Shown here in pieces: positions 7,808 through 16,881 of a stretch of 26,931 nucleotides of DNA (the stretch's first letter is position 1; each line of letters begins with the position of its first letter). Where the stretch lies: NCBI GenBank assembly GCA_046758965.1, contig JBHIBG010000035.1, forward strand, positions 1-26,931, in the 5' to 3' direction. Source of the DNA: Candidatus Methylomirabilia bacterium. GTDB lineage: Bacteria > Methylomirabilota > Methylomirabilia > Rokubacteriales > CSP1-6. Both the position numbers and the translations under genes were made by a program. The notes under the pieces were generated by a model that was not told where the DNA came from, made no database searches, and saw only the letters and a list, made by a program, of their open reading frames with translations.

Positions 7808-9670
7808 ATGTTCAGGCTAAGGCTGTGGAGTTCGGCAGTGACGATGATGATGGTAGCCGTTCCCGCGGCGGCCCAGGAGCCCACGCGGCTCGAGCCGGTG
7901 GTGGTGACCGCTACCAAGCTCGCGACCCCGCAGGAGCGGCTCGGGGCATCGGTCACCGTGATCACTGAAGAGGAGATCGAGGCCCAGGAGTATGACACCG
8001 TGGGGGATGTCCTCCGGCAGGTGCCGGGGGTGGAGATCCAGCGGTCAGGGAGCCGCGGCAAGCTGACGTCGCTGAGGATCCGCGGAGCCGGCACGGCGCA
8101 GGTCCAGGTCCTGGTGGATGGGCTCCGCGTCAAGAGCCCCACGAGCGGGGACTTCGACTTCTCCACTCTCGCCATCAACCAGATCGAGCGGATAGAGATC
8201 GTGCGGGGGCCCCAGGCGACGCTGTACGGGGCCGACGCCATCGGCGGGGTGGTCAACATCATTACGAAGGGAGGTAAAGGTCCCCCCACCGGCACGGTGA
8301 GTCTCCAGGGGGGGAACTTCGGCACTCACCGGGAGCAGTTTTCAGTGAGTGGGGGCTACAAGCTCTTCGACTACGCGCTCTCGGCCTCGGGGTCCGGGAG
8401 CGCCGGACAGTTCGACAACGATGACTCCGAGCAGCAAGCCCTCGCGCTCCGGCTGGGGCTCACCCTGCCGAGCGACGGCCATCTCTCGGTCAGCACCCGG
8501 TACGCCGAATCCTCCACCGATCTGCCCGTGAGCTCAACCACCGCGACACCTCCGTTCTTCATCCTCGACCCGGACTCCCAGCAGGAGAATGAGCTGACGA
8601 TCCTGAGCTTTCTTTGGGAACAGAACCCGGTCGCGTGGTACGAGGCTCGCCTCCGGTTTGGCCAGTTCTGGAATCGGCTGAGATTCGAGGATCCCTTCAC
8701 TCCAGGGGTCGACTTCGGGAGTACTGTTTCCAGGATCGACACCCGGCGTCGGGAGATCGAGCTGGTCAATCATTTCCACGCGGGCAGCTGGAACACGCTC
8801 TCGGTCGGCCTCGAGCACAGGACCGAGTGGGCAGACAATCGCGGGGTCTTCGCCGAAGAGGTCGACATCCGATCAGCCTTCTTTCAGGACGAGGTTCGCT
8901 TCTTCGATCGCCTCTTCCTCTCGGGGGGCGTCCGCATCGAGGACAACGAGGTTTTCGGTAGTGAGACCACGCCGCGCGTGGGTGGGGCCTACCTCCTCAA
9001 GAGGTGGGGGACAAAGCTCAGGGGGAGCTGGGCAGAAGGGTTTCGGGCTCCCACGCTCAACGATCTCTTTTTCCCCGGTTTTGGGAATCCCGACCTCCGC
9101 CCGGAGACAAGTGTGAGCTGGGATGTCGGTCTTGACCAGCAGCTCTGGGCGCGCCGCATCCGCCTGGGGGTGACGTACTTTCACAACGACTTCGACGACC
9201 TGATTCAGTTTGTCTTTGCGAGCGGGCAGTTTCTTCCTCAGAACGTGGCTCGCGCGAGAACCGAAGGTGTCGAGGTGGTGGGCGAGGTAGAGCTTCTTGA
9301 CACGCTGCGTCTCAGCGCCAACTACACCTTCACCGATACGAAGGATCTGGACACCGGTCTTCCGCTCCGGCGCTTTGCCCGCCATCGCTGGAACTTCGGG
9401 CTGTTCTGGGATCCGGCGCGGGCGCTGGAGCTGTTCGTGCAGGCGAACGTGGTCTCCAGCCAGTTCGAGGGAACGGGGTTCCCCCGCAACCCCGGATATC
9501 ACCGGATCGATGCCGGCGGGAGCTACCACCTCGTGGAACGCCGGGGGGCCTTTCCCGGACTGGATCTGATCGTGCGGGTTCAGAACCTCACCGATGAGGA
9601 GTATTCGGAGGTCTTCGGCTTCGAAGCCCTCGGCGTCAACGTTCTGGCGGGGCTTCGGGCGCGCTACTGA
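7808..9670 (+). CDS. btuB: TonB-dependent outer-membrane corrinoid receptor
   Basis: Signal peptide (..PAAA/QE), TonB-box-like EPVVVTAT, plug motifs LRQVPGV and IERIEIVRGPQATLYGADAIGGVVNIIT, barrel motifs GFRAPTLNDL and GNPDLRPE, and a C-terminal aromatic residue. ATG 7808 follows SD AGGAGGAGG. Substrate is inferred from the riboswitch. Confidence 0.92.
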   Translation: MFRLRLWSSAVTMMMVAVPAAAQEPTRLEPVVVTATKLATPQERLGASVTVITEEEIEAQEYDTVGDVLRQVPGVEIQRSGSRGKLTSLRIRGAGTAQVQVLVDGLRVKSPTSGDFDFSTLAINQIERIEIVRGPQATLYGADAIGGVVNIITKGGKGPPTGTVSLQGGNFGTHREQFSVSGGYKLFDYALSASGSGSAGQFDNDDSEQQALALRLGLTLPSDGHLSVSTRYAESSTDLPVSSTTATPPFFILDPDSQQENELTILSFLWEQNPVAWYEARLRFGQFWNRLRFEDPFTPGVDFGSTVSRIDTRRREIELVNHFHAGSWNTLSVGLEHRTEWADNRGVFAEEVDIRSAFFQDEVRFFDRLFLSGGVRIEDNEVFGSETTPRVGGAYLLKRWGTKLRGSWAEGFRAPTLNDLFFPGFGNPDLRPETSVSWDVGLDQQLWARRIRLGVTYFHNDFDDLIQFVFASGQFLPQNVARARTEGVEVVGEVELLDTLRLSANYTFTDTKDLDTGLPLRRFARHRWNFGLFWDPARALELFVQANVVSSQFEGTGFPRNPGYHRIDAGGSYHLVERRGAFPGLDLIVRVQNLTDEEYSEVFGFEALGVNVLAGLRARY

Positions 9671-9736
9671 GTCCGCATGCCTAGGAGTTCGTCGGGTTGG
9701 CGACGCGGCAAAGGGCGATCGGAGGAGGATTGAATC

Positions 9737-10396
9737 TTGGCAACGGTGGACGGGGTCAGGGTCGAGGTCGATCACGAAGGGGTGGTGGTGAGCGCCGCGA
9801 CGCTGCTCCAGACGGTTTCCTCTGCCGTGGTCGGGGGTGGCATGGCCATGGCCCGTTCCATCGTCAACCTGCATGTTCCGAAGAACTTCCCCTGCGACAA
9901 TCCAGACCGGGAGCTCGCAACCTTCGTACGGCGGCGCGGGATCCCGTCCCCCTACCTCGGCCTCATGACCTCCACTCGGACCGAGAAGGCTGAGGTGGTG
10001 GAGATGAGAGGCAACAACGTTCACGTCATGGCAGTTGTCACCGTAGGGCTCGGCAATCCGGTGCATGCCGGTCAAAGCCCCCTCGCCGCTTGGCAACCTT
10101 CGACGATCAATACCATCGTCGTGGTTGACGGCGCTCCCGAGCCCTCTGCGCTGGTGAATCTGGTCATCACCGCGACCGAGGCCAAGGCAATGGCGCTGCT
10201 CAACGCGGGGCTCCGCTGCCCGGATGGCCAGGCGGCCAGCGGGACATCTACCGACGCCGTGGTGGTGGCGGCCACCGGCCGCGGCCCCCGCTGTCGCTTC
10301 GGGGGACCCGTCAGCAGCCTCGGCTGGGTAGTGTCCCGGGCTGTCGGGTCGGCCCTGGACGCCGGAATCCGCCGGTGGGTGAAGGAACGGTCGTGA
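9737..10396 (+). CDS. cbiZ: Adenosylcobinamide amidohydrolase (CbiZ family)
   Basis: Motifs SSAVVGGG, GLMT, TVGLGNP, TINTIVVVD, TATEAK, ASGTSTDAVVV. TTG start after SD GGAGGAGG. Confidence 0.88.
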   Translation: MATVDGVRVEVDHEGVVVSAATLLQTVSSAVVGGGMAMARSIVNLHVPKNFPCDNPDRELATFVRRRGIPSPYLGLMTSTRTEKAEVVEMRGNNVHVMAVVTVGLGNPVHAGQSPLAAWQPSTINTIVVVDGAPEPSALVNLVITATEAKAMALLNAGLRCPDGQAASGTSTDAVVVAATGRGPRCRFGGPVSSLGWVVSRAVGSALDAGIRRWVKERS

Positions 10397-11604
10397 GCCG
10401 CTGGCGCTGGCTCATGAGCGTGCCCGCGTCGCTCGCGCTTCATGGCGTGGGGGTGCTCGCCGTCTTTCTTCTCTTCCCCGAGGAAACCCCTCCTCCCATC
10501 ATTGTCGGCTTGGTTGAGAGCTTCAGGGGGAGCGAGGAGGTCGCCCGCGGAGGCGAAAGCCGCCGAGAGCCTTCCACACCCTCTCTCCCTCCGGCCTCCC
10601 TGTCAAAACCGACCCGACCTTCACGCTCTCTAGATGGCTCATTGCCGGCTTTGCCCCAGGTTCCGCCGTCTGTCAGCGTGCCAAACGCCCCCGAACCAGC
10701 CTCAGAGCTGTTGCACCCCCTGCCGGCGCTCTCACCGCCTGCGCCTCGCATTTCCGGCCCTGTTGACCCAGGAGAGCTCTCCGGAACCTCTGCGCGCGGT
10801 TTCGTGGCGGAGCCACCCTTGTCATCAACCCCTGTCCCCTCGACTCGGCTGGCGCTGCTAGCCTCCTCCCGGCCTGCTCCGTCAGTCACCTCTTCGCTTC
10901 CTCCCGAGCTCCTCCAGACGCCACTCCCTCCCGCTTCCCGACTGGAGCCGCAACGGGCGGCGCGGGCACTGGTCAGCGCTCCACGGATGAACCCGAGAGA
11001 TGCCGAGAAGATGGGGTGGTCGGGTCACGATGAGACGCCCTCCGCTGCTGTGTTGCCTTTGGCTGGCGCGGGTGAGCGCCGAGATCGGCTGAAACTGCTC
11101 GATCCGGGAAGTGGGAGCGAAGAGTGGGGCGCGGGGCGCGCGGACCTGGAGAGAAGCCTCCTGCCTTCGTGGACCGGGGCTCGGGATCAGGAGGGAGAGC
11201 CACGAGCGAACTCGGTCGCGCGCGAGACCGGGAACGGGCGCCGTGGCCATGCTGGAGGAGAGCTGGACCAGCCTCTGGCTCTGGCAGCTCCGGAGTCCGG
11301 GCAAGGCGGCAGGGGTGCCGAGTATGGTCCTTACCTCGCCCGGGTCCGCGAGCGGATCCATCGGTTCCTGAGCTACCCGCCATCGGCGCGCCGACGGGGT
11401 CTCACGGGAACGGTCCACATGGAGATCGTGATCCGGCCCAACGGCGCGATCGGCTCGGTAGCGCTTCTCCGTTCTTCCTCGCACCGGATCCTTGATCAGG
11501 CGGCAGTGGATGCCGTCAGGAGGCTCCCACGCCTGCCGTTTCCCGCCGAGCTTGTCCCCCGGAACCTCAGAGTCCGGCTGCCGGTGGTCTTCGAGCTTCG
11601 GTGA
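10393..11604 (+). CDS. tonB: TonB-family energy transducer with long Pro/Ser-rich linker
   Basis: N-terminal TM with SxxxH motif (SLALH). C-terminal TonB domain YPPSARRRGLTGTV..IRPNG..SSSHRILDQAAVDAV..LPVVFEL. GTGA overlap with the cbiZ stop. Confidence 0.88.
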   Translation: MSRWRWLMSVPASLALHGVGVLAVFLLFPEETPPPIIVGLVESFRGSEEVARGGESRREPSTPSLPPASLSKPTRPSRSLDGSLPALPQVPPSVSVPNAPEPASELLHPLPALSPPAPRISGPVDPGELSGTSARGFVAEPPLSSTPVPSTRLALLASSRPAPSVTSSLPPELLQTPLPPASRLEPQRAARALVSAPRMNPRDAEKMGWSGHDETPSAAVLPLAGAGERRDRLKLLDPGSGSEEWGAGRADLERSLLPSWTGARDQEGEPRANSVARETGNGRRGHAGGELDQPLALAAPESGQGGRGAEYGPYLARVRERIHRFLSYPPSARRRGLTGTVHMEIVIRPNGAIGSVALLRSSSHRILDQAAVDAVRRLPRLPFPAELVPRNLRVRLPVVFELR

Positions 11605-12677
11605 AGCCCATGCGCGACGACCACGGGGGCGATCTCAGGACCCTGGCAGCTGCCGGGGGGGTCCCCGCAAGCCAGCTCCTCGACTTCAGCGCCAACATCA
11701 ATCCGCTCGGCCTCTCCCCACGAGTGGAGGAAGCCATCCGGGCCGCGCTCCCCTCTGTCGTCCACTACCCCGACCCGAGGAGCACCGCGCTCCGCGATGC
11801 CTTGGCGGCCTACCACGGCCTCTCTGCCGAGCAAGTGCTTCCGGCGAATGGATCCACGGAGCTGATCTATCTCCTGGCCCGGGCCCTGGCCCCTCGCCGG
11901 GCGCTGATCCTCCACCCGGCGTTCAGCGAGTATGAGGCGGCCCTGGAACTGGTCGGGACTCAACTCGACTCCGGACTGCTCGACGAAGGCCGCGGGTTTC
12001 TTCCTGAGGTGGGGAGGCTGATCCCCCGTCTGGCCGGGCGAGATCTGCTGATCCTGGGCAACCCAAACAATCCCACGGGAAGCTTGATTCCGAAGCCCGA
12101 GCTTGTCGCCCTGGTGGAGGCTGCCGAGGCGGCCGGAGCGGTCACCGTGGTGGATGAGGCCTTTGTTGACTTTGTCGAAGAGGCCTCGCTCAAGAAGGAG
12201 CTCGGCCAGTTCCGGCGGCTCCTCCTCCTCCGCTCTCTTACCAAGTGCTTCGCGCTCCCCGGACTTCGCGCGGGCTACGCGCTGGCCTCCCCCGAGCTGC
12301 TGCAACGCCTCAGACGCTGGAAGGAGCCGTGGAGTGTCAACGCGTTGGCCGAGGCTGCCGGGGTCGCGGCGCTGGCCGACCGCGACTACCAAGAGCGTTC
12401 CCGGCTCGTGCTGCCGCGCTGGCGGGAAGAGCTCCGGAACGGACTCCAGAAGTTCTCGGCACTCCGAGTTTTCCCGGCGGTCGCCAACTATCTCCTCGTG
12501 CGTTTGCTCGACCCCGGCCTCACCGCGCCTATGCTCAGGGCGCGCTTGCTCACAGAGCGGATCGCGATCCGAGATTGCGCGTCCTTCCGGGGTCTCGGGC
12601 CAGCTTACCTCAGGCTGGCGATCCGTCGACCGGAGGAGCACGCTCTGTTGATCGAGGCGCTGGAGCGGTGCCTCTGA
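11601..12677 (+). CDS. cobD: L-threonine-O-3-phosphate decarboxylase (PLP-dependent)
   Basis: Motifs HGG, LDFSANINPLG, YPDP, NGSTELI, NPNNPTG, VDEAFVDF, RSLTKCFALPGLRAGY. Cob operon context. Confidence 0.92.
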   Translation: MKPMRDDHGGDLRTLAAAGGVPASQLLDFSANINPLGLSPRVEEAIRAALPSVVHYPDPRSTALRDALAAYHGLSAEQVLPANGSTELIYLLARALAPRRALILHPAFSEYEAALELVGTQLDSGLLDEGRGFLPEVGRLIPRLAGRDLLILGNPNNPTGSLIPKPELVALVEAAEAAGAVTVVDEAFVDFVEEASLKKELGQFRRLLLLRSLTKCFALPGLRAGYALASPELLQRLRRWKEPWSVNALAEAAGVAALADRDYQERSRLVLPRWREELRNGLQKFSALRVFPAVANYLLVRLLDPGLTAPMLRARLLTERIAIRDCASFRGLGPAYLRLAIRRPEEHALLIEALERCL

Positions 12678-13582
12678 TCCTCGGATTGGCCGTGCTTTTC
12701 GATCTGGCGTTCGGCGAGCCAAGGAATCGCTGGCATCCGGTGGCATGGGTCGGACGCACGCTTGGGCGGGCTCGGCACTGGGCGCCGAGCGGGAGACCAA
12801 TGACTCTGCTCGCCTTTGGGGCGCTCGTGGTCGTGGGCTCGTCGCTCCTGGTGGCAGCGCTTGTCGCGGTGGTGGCCCACGGGGCGCCTGCCCTCGGCTG
12901 GCTCGGGATTTTCTTCCAGGCTTGGCTCCTGAAGTGCGCCTTCTCCCTGAGAGGGCTTGTCCGAGCGGCGGGGGAGGTGAGGACAGCCCTGAGCCATGGA
13001 AGGCTGGAGGAGGCGCGCTCCCACGTGGGACGGCACCTGGTGAGCCGGCCGACAAGCGGGCTCTCGGCCGATCAAGTAGTGTCAGCCACCGTGGAGTCGG
13101 TGGCCGAGAACCTCACCGACAGCGTGGTCGCCCCACTCTTCTTCTTCCTCCTGTTCGGCCTGCCGGGCGCCTGGGCCTACCGCGTGGTGAACACGGCCGA
13201 CGCGATGTGGGGCTACCGCGGGGGCGATCTCGAGCATCTCGGCAAGGCGGCAGCGCGGCTCGATGATCTCCTGAACTGGATCCCAGCCCGTCTCGCAGGA
13301 GTGGGGATCGTCCTGGGCGCTTTCCTCGTGGGGGAGGCGGCGGGCCGCTCGTGGCACAGCATGTGGCGCGACCATGTCCGGACCGCCAGCCCGAACGCGG
13401 GGTGGACAATTGCGGCCATGGCCGGGGCGCTGGGGGTCGGACTCGAAAAGCCCGGCGCCTACAAGGTGGGCGGCAGTTGCCTGCCCACGGCGGAGTGCAT
13501 TGATCGAGCCGTTCGTATCATGGGCAGCGCCAGCGGGGTGGCCCTCGCCCTTGCCCTAGCGCTCGGTGTCCTCAGGCCATGA
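12668..13582 (+). CDS. cbiB: Adenosylcobinamide-phosphate synthase
   Basis: Motifs DLAFGEP..WHPVAWVG, LVSR, ESVAENLTDSVVAPLFF, YRVVNTADAMWGY, GKAAARLDD, SPNAGW. GTG 12668 was chosen because the ORF-track start lies deep inside cobD. Confidence 0.94.
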   Translation: MPLILGLAVLFDLAFGEPRNRWHPVAWVGRTLGRARHWAPSGRPMTLLAFGALVVVGSSLLVAALVAVVAHGAPALGWLGIFFQAWLLKCAFSLRGLVRAAGEVRTALSHGRLEEARSHVGRHLVSRPTSGLSADQVVSATVESVAENLTDSVVAPLFFFLLFGLPGAWAYRVVNTADAMWGYRGGDLEHLGKAAARLDDLLNWIPARLAGVGIVLGAFLVGEAAGRSWHSMWRDHVRTASPNAGWTIAAMAGALGVGLEKPGAYKVGGSCLPTAECIDRAVRIMGSASGVALALALALGVLRP

Positions 13583-15123
13583 GAGCGAGGGCGCGGGCCC
13601 GAGCGCTGATGATCCAGGGGACGACCTCCCACGCGGGGAAGAGCCTCATTGTGGCGGGACTCTGTCGCCTCTTCCGCCAGGAGGGGTTGCAGGTGGTGCC
13701 GTTCAAATCCCAGAACATGGCGCTCAACGCCTACGTCACCCGCGACGGCGGCGAAATGGGGTGGGCCCAGGCCATGCAAGCCGAGGCCGCTGGGGTGGAG
13801 CCCCGGGTGGAGATGAACCCGATCCTCCTCAAGCCCGAGTCCGCTCACCGGAGTCAGGTGATCGTGCTCGGGAACGTGCTTGGGCCTTCCACGGCCAGGG
13901 CCTACTACACGATGACGGAGCGCCTGTGGGGGACGGTGGTAGAAAGCTACCGCCATCTCGCAGCGGAGGCAGACCTCGTCCTCATCGAAGGAGCGGGGAG
14001 TCCCGCTGAGCCCAACTTGATGGAGCGGGAGATCGCGAACATGGCTGTCGCCCGCCTGTCCGCGGCTCCGGTGGTTCTGGTCGGTGACATAGATCGTGGC
14101 GGTGTTTTCGCGAGCTTCGTCGGGACACTCAGCCTCCTACGGCCACAAGACAGAAGAAGAGTAAGAGCCTTTATAATCAATAGGTTCAGAGGCGATCCCT
14201 CATTTCTCACATCAGCCGTTGAACTTCTCGAGCGGCGAACCGGGCAGCCCGTGCTTGGTGTTGTGCCGATGCTCCCCCATCTCGGTCTCCCTGAGGAGGA
14301 TAGCGTGGCTCTGGATGGGCCGAGCCCCGCAGCTTGGAGGGCCGATGGGAGCAGGCTGACAGGCGGGCCTGTGAGGATCGCCGTCGTGCGGATTCCCCAT
14401 ATCGCCAACTTCACCGACTTCAAGCCGCTGGAGCTCGAGCCAGGGGTGGTACTCATCTACGGGCAGCGGCCTGCCGACTTGGCTTCCTCGCACCTGGTGA
14501 TCCTGCCAGGCTCCAAGGACACCATCGCGGATCTCAGATTCTTGAAGGCCGAAGGGTTCGCGAAGGCCGTTTCTGACCACCTCTCCCGGGGCGGCTCGGT
14601 GGGGGGGATCTGCGGGGGGTATCAGATGCTCGGACGATCGGTGAGGGATCCCCACGGCGTGGAGAGTGGAGGTGAAGAGGCCGGGCTCGGGCTCCTTCCC
14701 GTCACCACCGTGCTCGAACCCTGGAAAACCACCCGCCGCGTGCGGGCTCGTCTCCTGCCCGGTCCCTGGGGCGAGGGGAGCGGCGAGTGGGAAGCCTATG
14801 AGATTCATATGGGGCGTACCGCGGGGGGCGAGGGGCTGACCCGACTCTTTTCCATCCGCCGTGGTGGGGATGAAGCGAGTGACGAGAGTGGCGGAGTGAT
14901 CGCGCGGGATGGCCGGGCCTGGGGGACCTATCTCCACGGTTGCCTGGACTCACCCGAGGTGAGACAGCGCCTCTTGGCCTGGCTCCGGGCTCGGGCGGTC
15001 TCCTCAGCGCCTGTGTCGTCAGTGGACTACCGCGATCTCCGTGAGTCCGCCTACGAGGCCCTGGCCGAGGCTCTCCGCAGCTCGTTGAATCTCCCCGCCA
15101 TCCGCGCCCTCATTCGGCTGTAG
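13579..15123 (+). CDS. cbiP: Cobyric acid synthase (CbiP/CobQ)
   Basis: Motifs QGTTSHAGKS, PFKSQNMALN, MNPILLKP, IEGAGSPAE, DIDRGGVFAS, IANFTDF, GICGGYQMLG, YEIHMG, GTYLHG. Confidence 0.96.
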   Translation: MRARARARALMIQGTTSHAGKSLIVAGLCRLFRQEGLQVVPFKSQNMALNAYVTRDGGEMGWAQAMQAEAAGVEPRVEMNPILLKPESAHRSQVIVLGNVLGPSTARAYYTMTERLWGTVVESYRHLAAEADLVLIEGAGSPAEPNLMEREIANMAVARLSAAPVVLVGDIDRGGVFASFVGTLSLLRPQDRRRVRAFIINRFRGDPSFLTSAVELLERRTGQPVLGVVPMLPHLGLPEEDSVALDGPSPAAWRADGSRLTGGPVRIAVVRIPHIANFTDFKPLELEPGVVLIYGQRPADLASSHLVILPGSKDTIADLRFLKAEGFAKAVSDHLSRGGSVGGICGGYQMLGRSVRDPHGVESGGEEAGLGLLPVTTVLEPWKTTRRVRARLLPGPWGEGSGEWEAYEIHMGRTAGGEGLTRLFSIRRGGDEASDESGGVIARDGRAWGTYLHGCLDSPEVRQRLLAWLRARAVSSAPVSSVDYRDLRESAYEALAEALRSSLNLPAIRALIRL

Positions 15124-15222
15124 CCTCCCTCTTCGACGGAAATTTCCTTCGTGAGTTGCTTTCCCCGCGGTATCATGAGTTCTCGCCGCCCTCCGGCGGC
15201 GAACGTGTCTGTGCCGGTGCCC

Positions 15223-16881
15223 ATGAGCGTGAGCGTTACGGACGAGCTGACGGAAGGCCTCCACGCTGCCATCCAGGCCGCCGGCTTTTCCCCGCCGGAG
15301 GGGCTCCTCTGGGAGGTGCCCCGCGAGGCCGTCCACGGCGACTATGCAACCAACGCGGCTCTGCTCCTGGCCAAGGCCGCCCGTCGGCCGCCGCGTCAGG
15401 TGGCCGAGCAGATCGTCGGGCACTGGCCGGCGCTCCCCGCGGTGGAGCGCGTGGAAGCAGCCGGCCCGGGCTTTGTGAATGTGTTCCTTGCCCCGGCCTG
15501 GTGTCGGGAGGCCCTGCGCCAGGTTCTGGTCGCCGGTCAAGCCTACGGGTCGAGCTCCTGGGGTTGCGGCGAGCGGGTCCGCATCGAGTTCGTGTCCGCC
15601 AATCCTACGGGTCCCCTGGTCATCGTCAACGCCCGAGCCGCGGCCGTGGGCGACTCCCTAGCGCGGATCCTCCGTTCCCAGGGCTACCAGGTGTACACCG
15701 AGTACTACGTCAACGACGCCGGAAACCAGTTCGAGGCCCTCGCCCGCTCCTTCGACGCTCGCGTCCGCCAGGAGCTCGGCCAGGACGCGGCACTCCCGGA
15801 GAACGGCTATCCCGGCGAATACCTGATCGATCACGCCCGCGAATACCTGAAGGCGGAAGGCAGCGCCGTCCTGGAGCGGCCTGAGGCCGAGCGGCTTCAG
15901 CATCTTGGCGACTACGCCGTGCAGCGAATCCTCGATGTCCAGCGCAAGGTCCTTCAGGATTACGGTGTCGGGTTCGATACGTGGTCGTTCGAGCGCAGGG
16001 ATGTTCGACAAGCCGGCTTGCCGGAGAAGGCCGTAGGGGAGCTTGCGGCGCGCAGGCTCACGTACGAGCAAGACGGCGCGCTGTGGTTCCGTTCCTCCGA
16101 GTTCGGTGACGAGAAGGATCGCGTGCTGCGCAAGTCCACGGGCGAGCTGACCTACTTTGCCGTGGACCTCGCCTATCACCACTACGCGAAGTTCGGCGAC
16201 GTCGAGCGGGTCGTCAACCTCTTCGGGCCGGATCACCACGGTTACGTTCCGCGCATGCGTGCGGCAATGGAGGCCCTGGGCCATCCGAAGGAGATGTTCC
16301 AGGTCCTCATCGTTCAGCTGGTCACCCTTCTCCGGGGCGGTCAGCCGGTGCGGATGTCCAAGCGGCGGGGGGAATTTGTCCTGATGGAGGAGCTCATCGA
16401 AGAGGTGGGGCGGGACGCCGCCCGCTTTACCTTCCTCTCACGCCGTCACGACAGCCCCTTGGAGTTTGACCTGGATGCGGTGACGAAGCAGTCCGCCGAC
16501 AACCCGGTGTACTACGTGCAGTACTGCCACGCGCGGGTGTCCAGCATTTTCCAGCATCTTGTGCAGAAAAAGCTGGCGGTCGCGGACAGGAACCGCGTGG
16601 ATCTCGACCCCCTTACTCTCCCGGAGGAGCTGGGGTTGATCAAGCGGCTCCTCCATTTTCCGGCCGTGGTGGCAGGGGCTGCCCGGGCCCTGGAACCGCA
16701 CCGTATCGCCTACTACCTTCAGGAGTTGGCCGCCACCTTCCATCCCTACTACAACCGCCACCGGGTTGTGGGAGACGACCTGAGGCTCACTCAGGCGCGG
16801 CTCGCTCTGGTGGCTGCGGTCGGTCAGGTGGTGCGAAACGGCTTAGCCTTGTTGGGCGTTGCCGCCCCGGAGAAGATGTGA
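15223..16881 (+). CDS. argS: Arginine--tRNA ligase
   Basis: Motifs HGDYATNAA, AGPGFVN, EFVSANPTGPL, EYYVNDAGNQ, GDEKDRVL, GPDHHGY, MSKRRG, NPVYYVQYCHAR, and C-terminal GVAAPEKM. Start is approximate (ATG 15223). Confidence 0.96.
   Translation: MSVSVTDELTEGLHAAIQAAGFSPPEGLLWEVPREAVHGDYATNAALLLAKAARRPPRQVAEQIVGHWPALPAVERVEAAGPGFVNVFLAPAWCREALRQVLVAGQAYGSSSWGCGERVRIEFVSANPTGPLVIVNARAAAVGDSLARILRSQGYQVYTEYYVNDAGNQFEALARSFDARVRQELGQDAALPENGYPGEYLIDHAREYLKAEGSAVLERPEAERLQHLGDYAVQRILDVQRKVLQDYGVGFDTWSFERRDVRQAGLPEKAVGELAARRLTYEQDGALWFRSSEFGDEKDRVLRKSTGELTYFAVDLAYHHYAKFGDVERVVNLFGPDHHGYVPRMRAAMEALGHPKEMFQVLIVQLVTLLRGGQPVRMSKRRGEFVLMEELIEEVGRDAARFTFLSRRHDSPLEFDLDAVTKQSADNPVYYVQYCHARVSSIFQHLVQKKLAVADRNRVDLDPLTLPEELGLIKRLLHFPAVVAGAARALEPHRIAYYLQELAATFHPYYNRHRVVGDDLRLTQARLALVAAVGQVVRNGLALLGVAAPEKM

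Noticed and set aside
12245..12667. Apparent 141-aa N-terminal extension of cbiB, suggesting a fusion
   Set aside because: It is an alternative frame inside cobD. CbiB motifs start at about 12668.
8873..13055. Long antisense ORFs (8873-10096, 11496-13055) and similar ones elsewhere (e.g. 19315-20412, 23422-24483)
   Set aside because: Shadow ORFs opposite well-supported genes, expected in high-GC DNA. They have Arg/Pro/Gly-rich composition and no motifs.
13541..13604. Possible hairpin spanning the cbiB/cbiP junction (ALALAL versus RARARA codons)
   Set aside because: Explained by low-complexity GC-rich codon runs, with no independent evidence of regulation.
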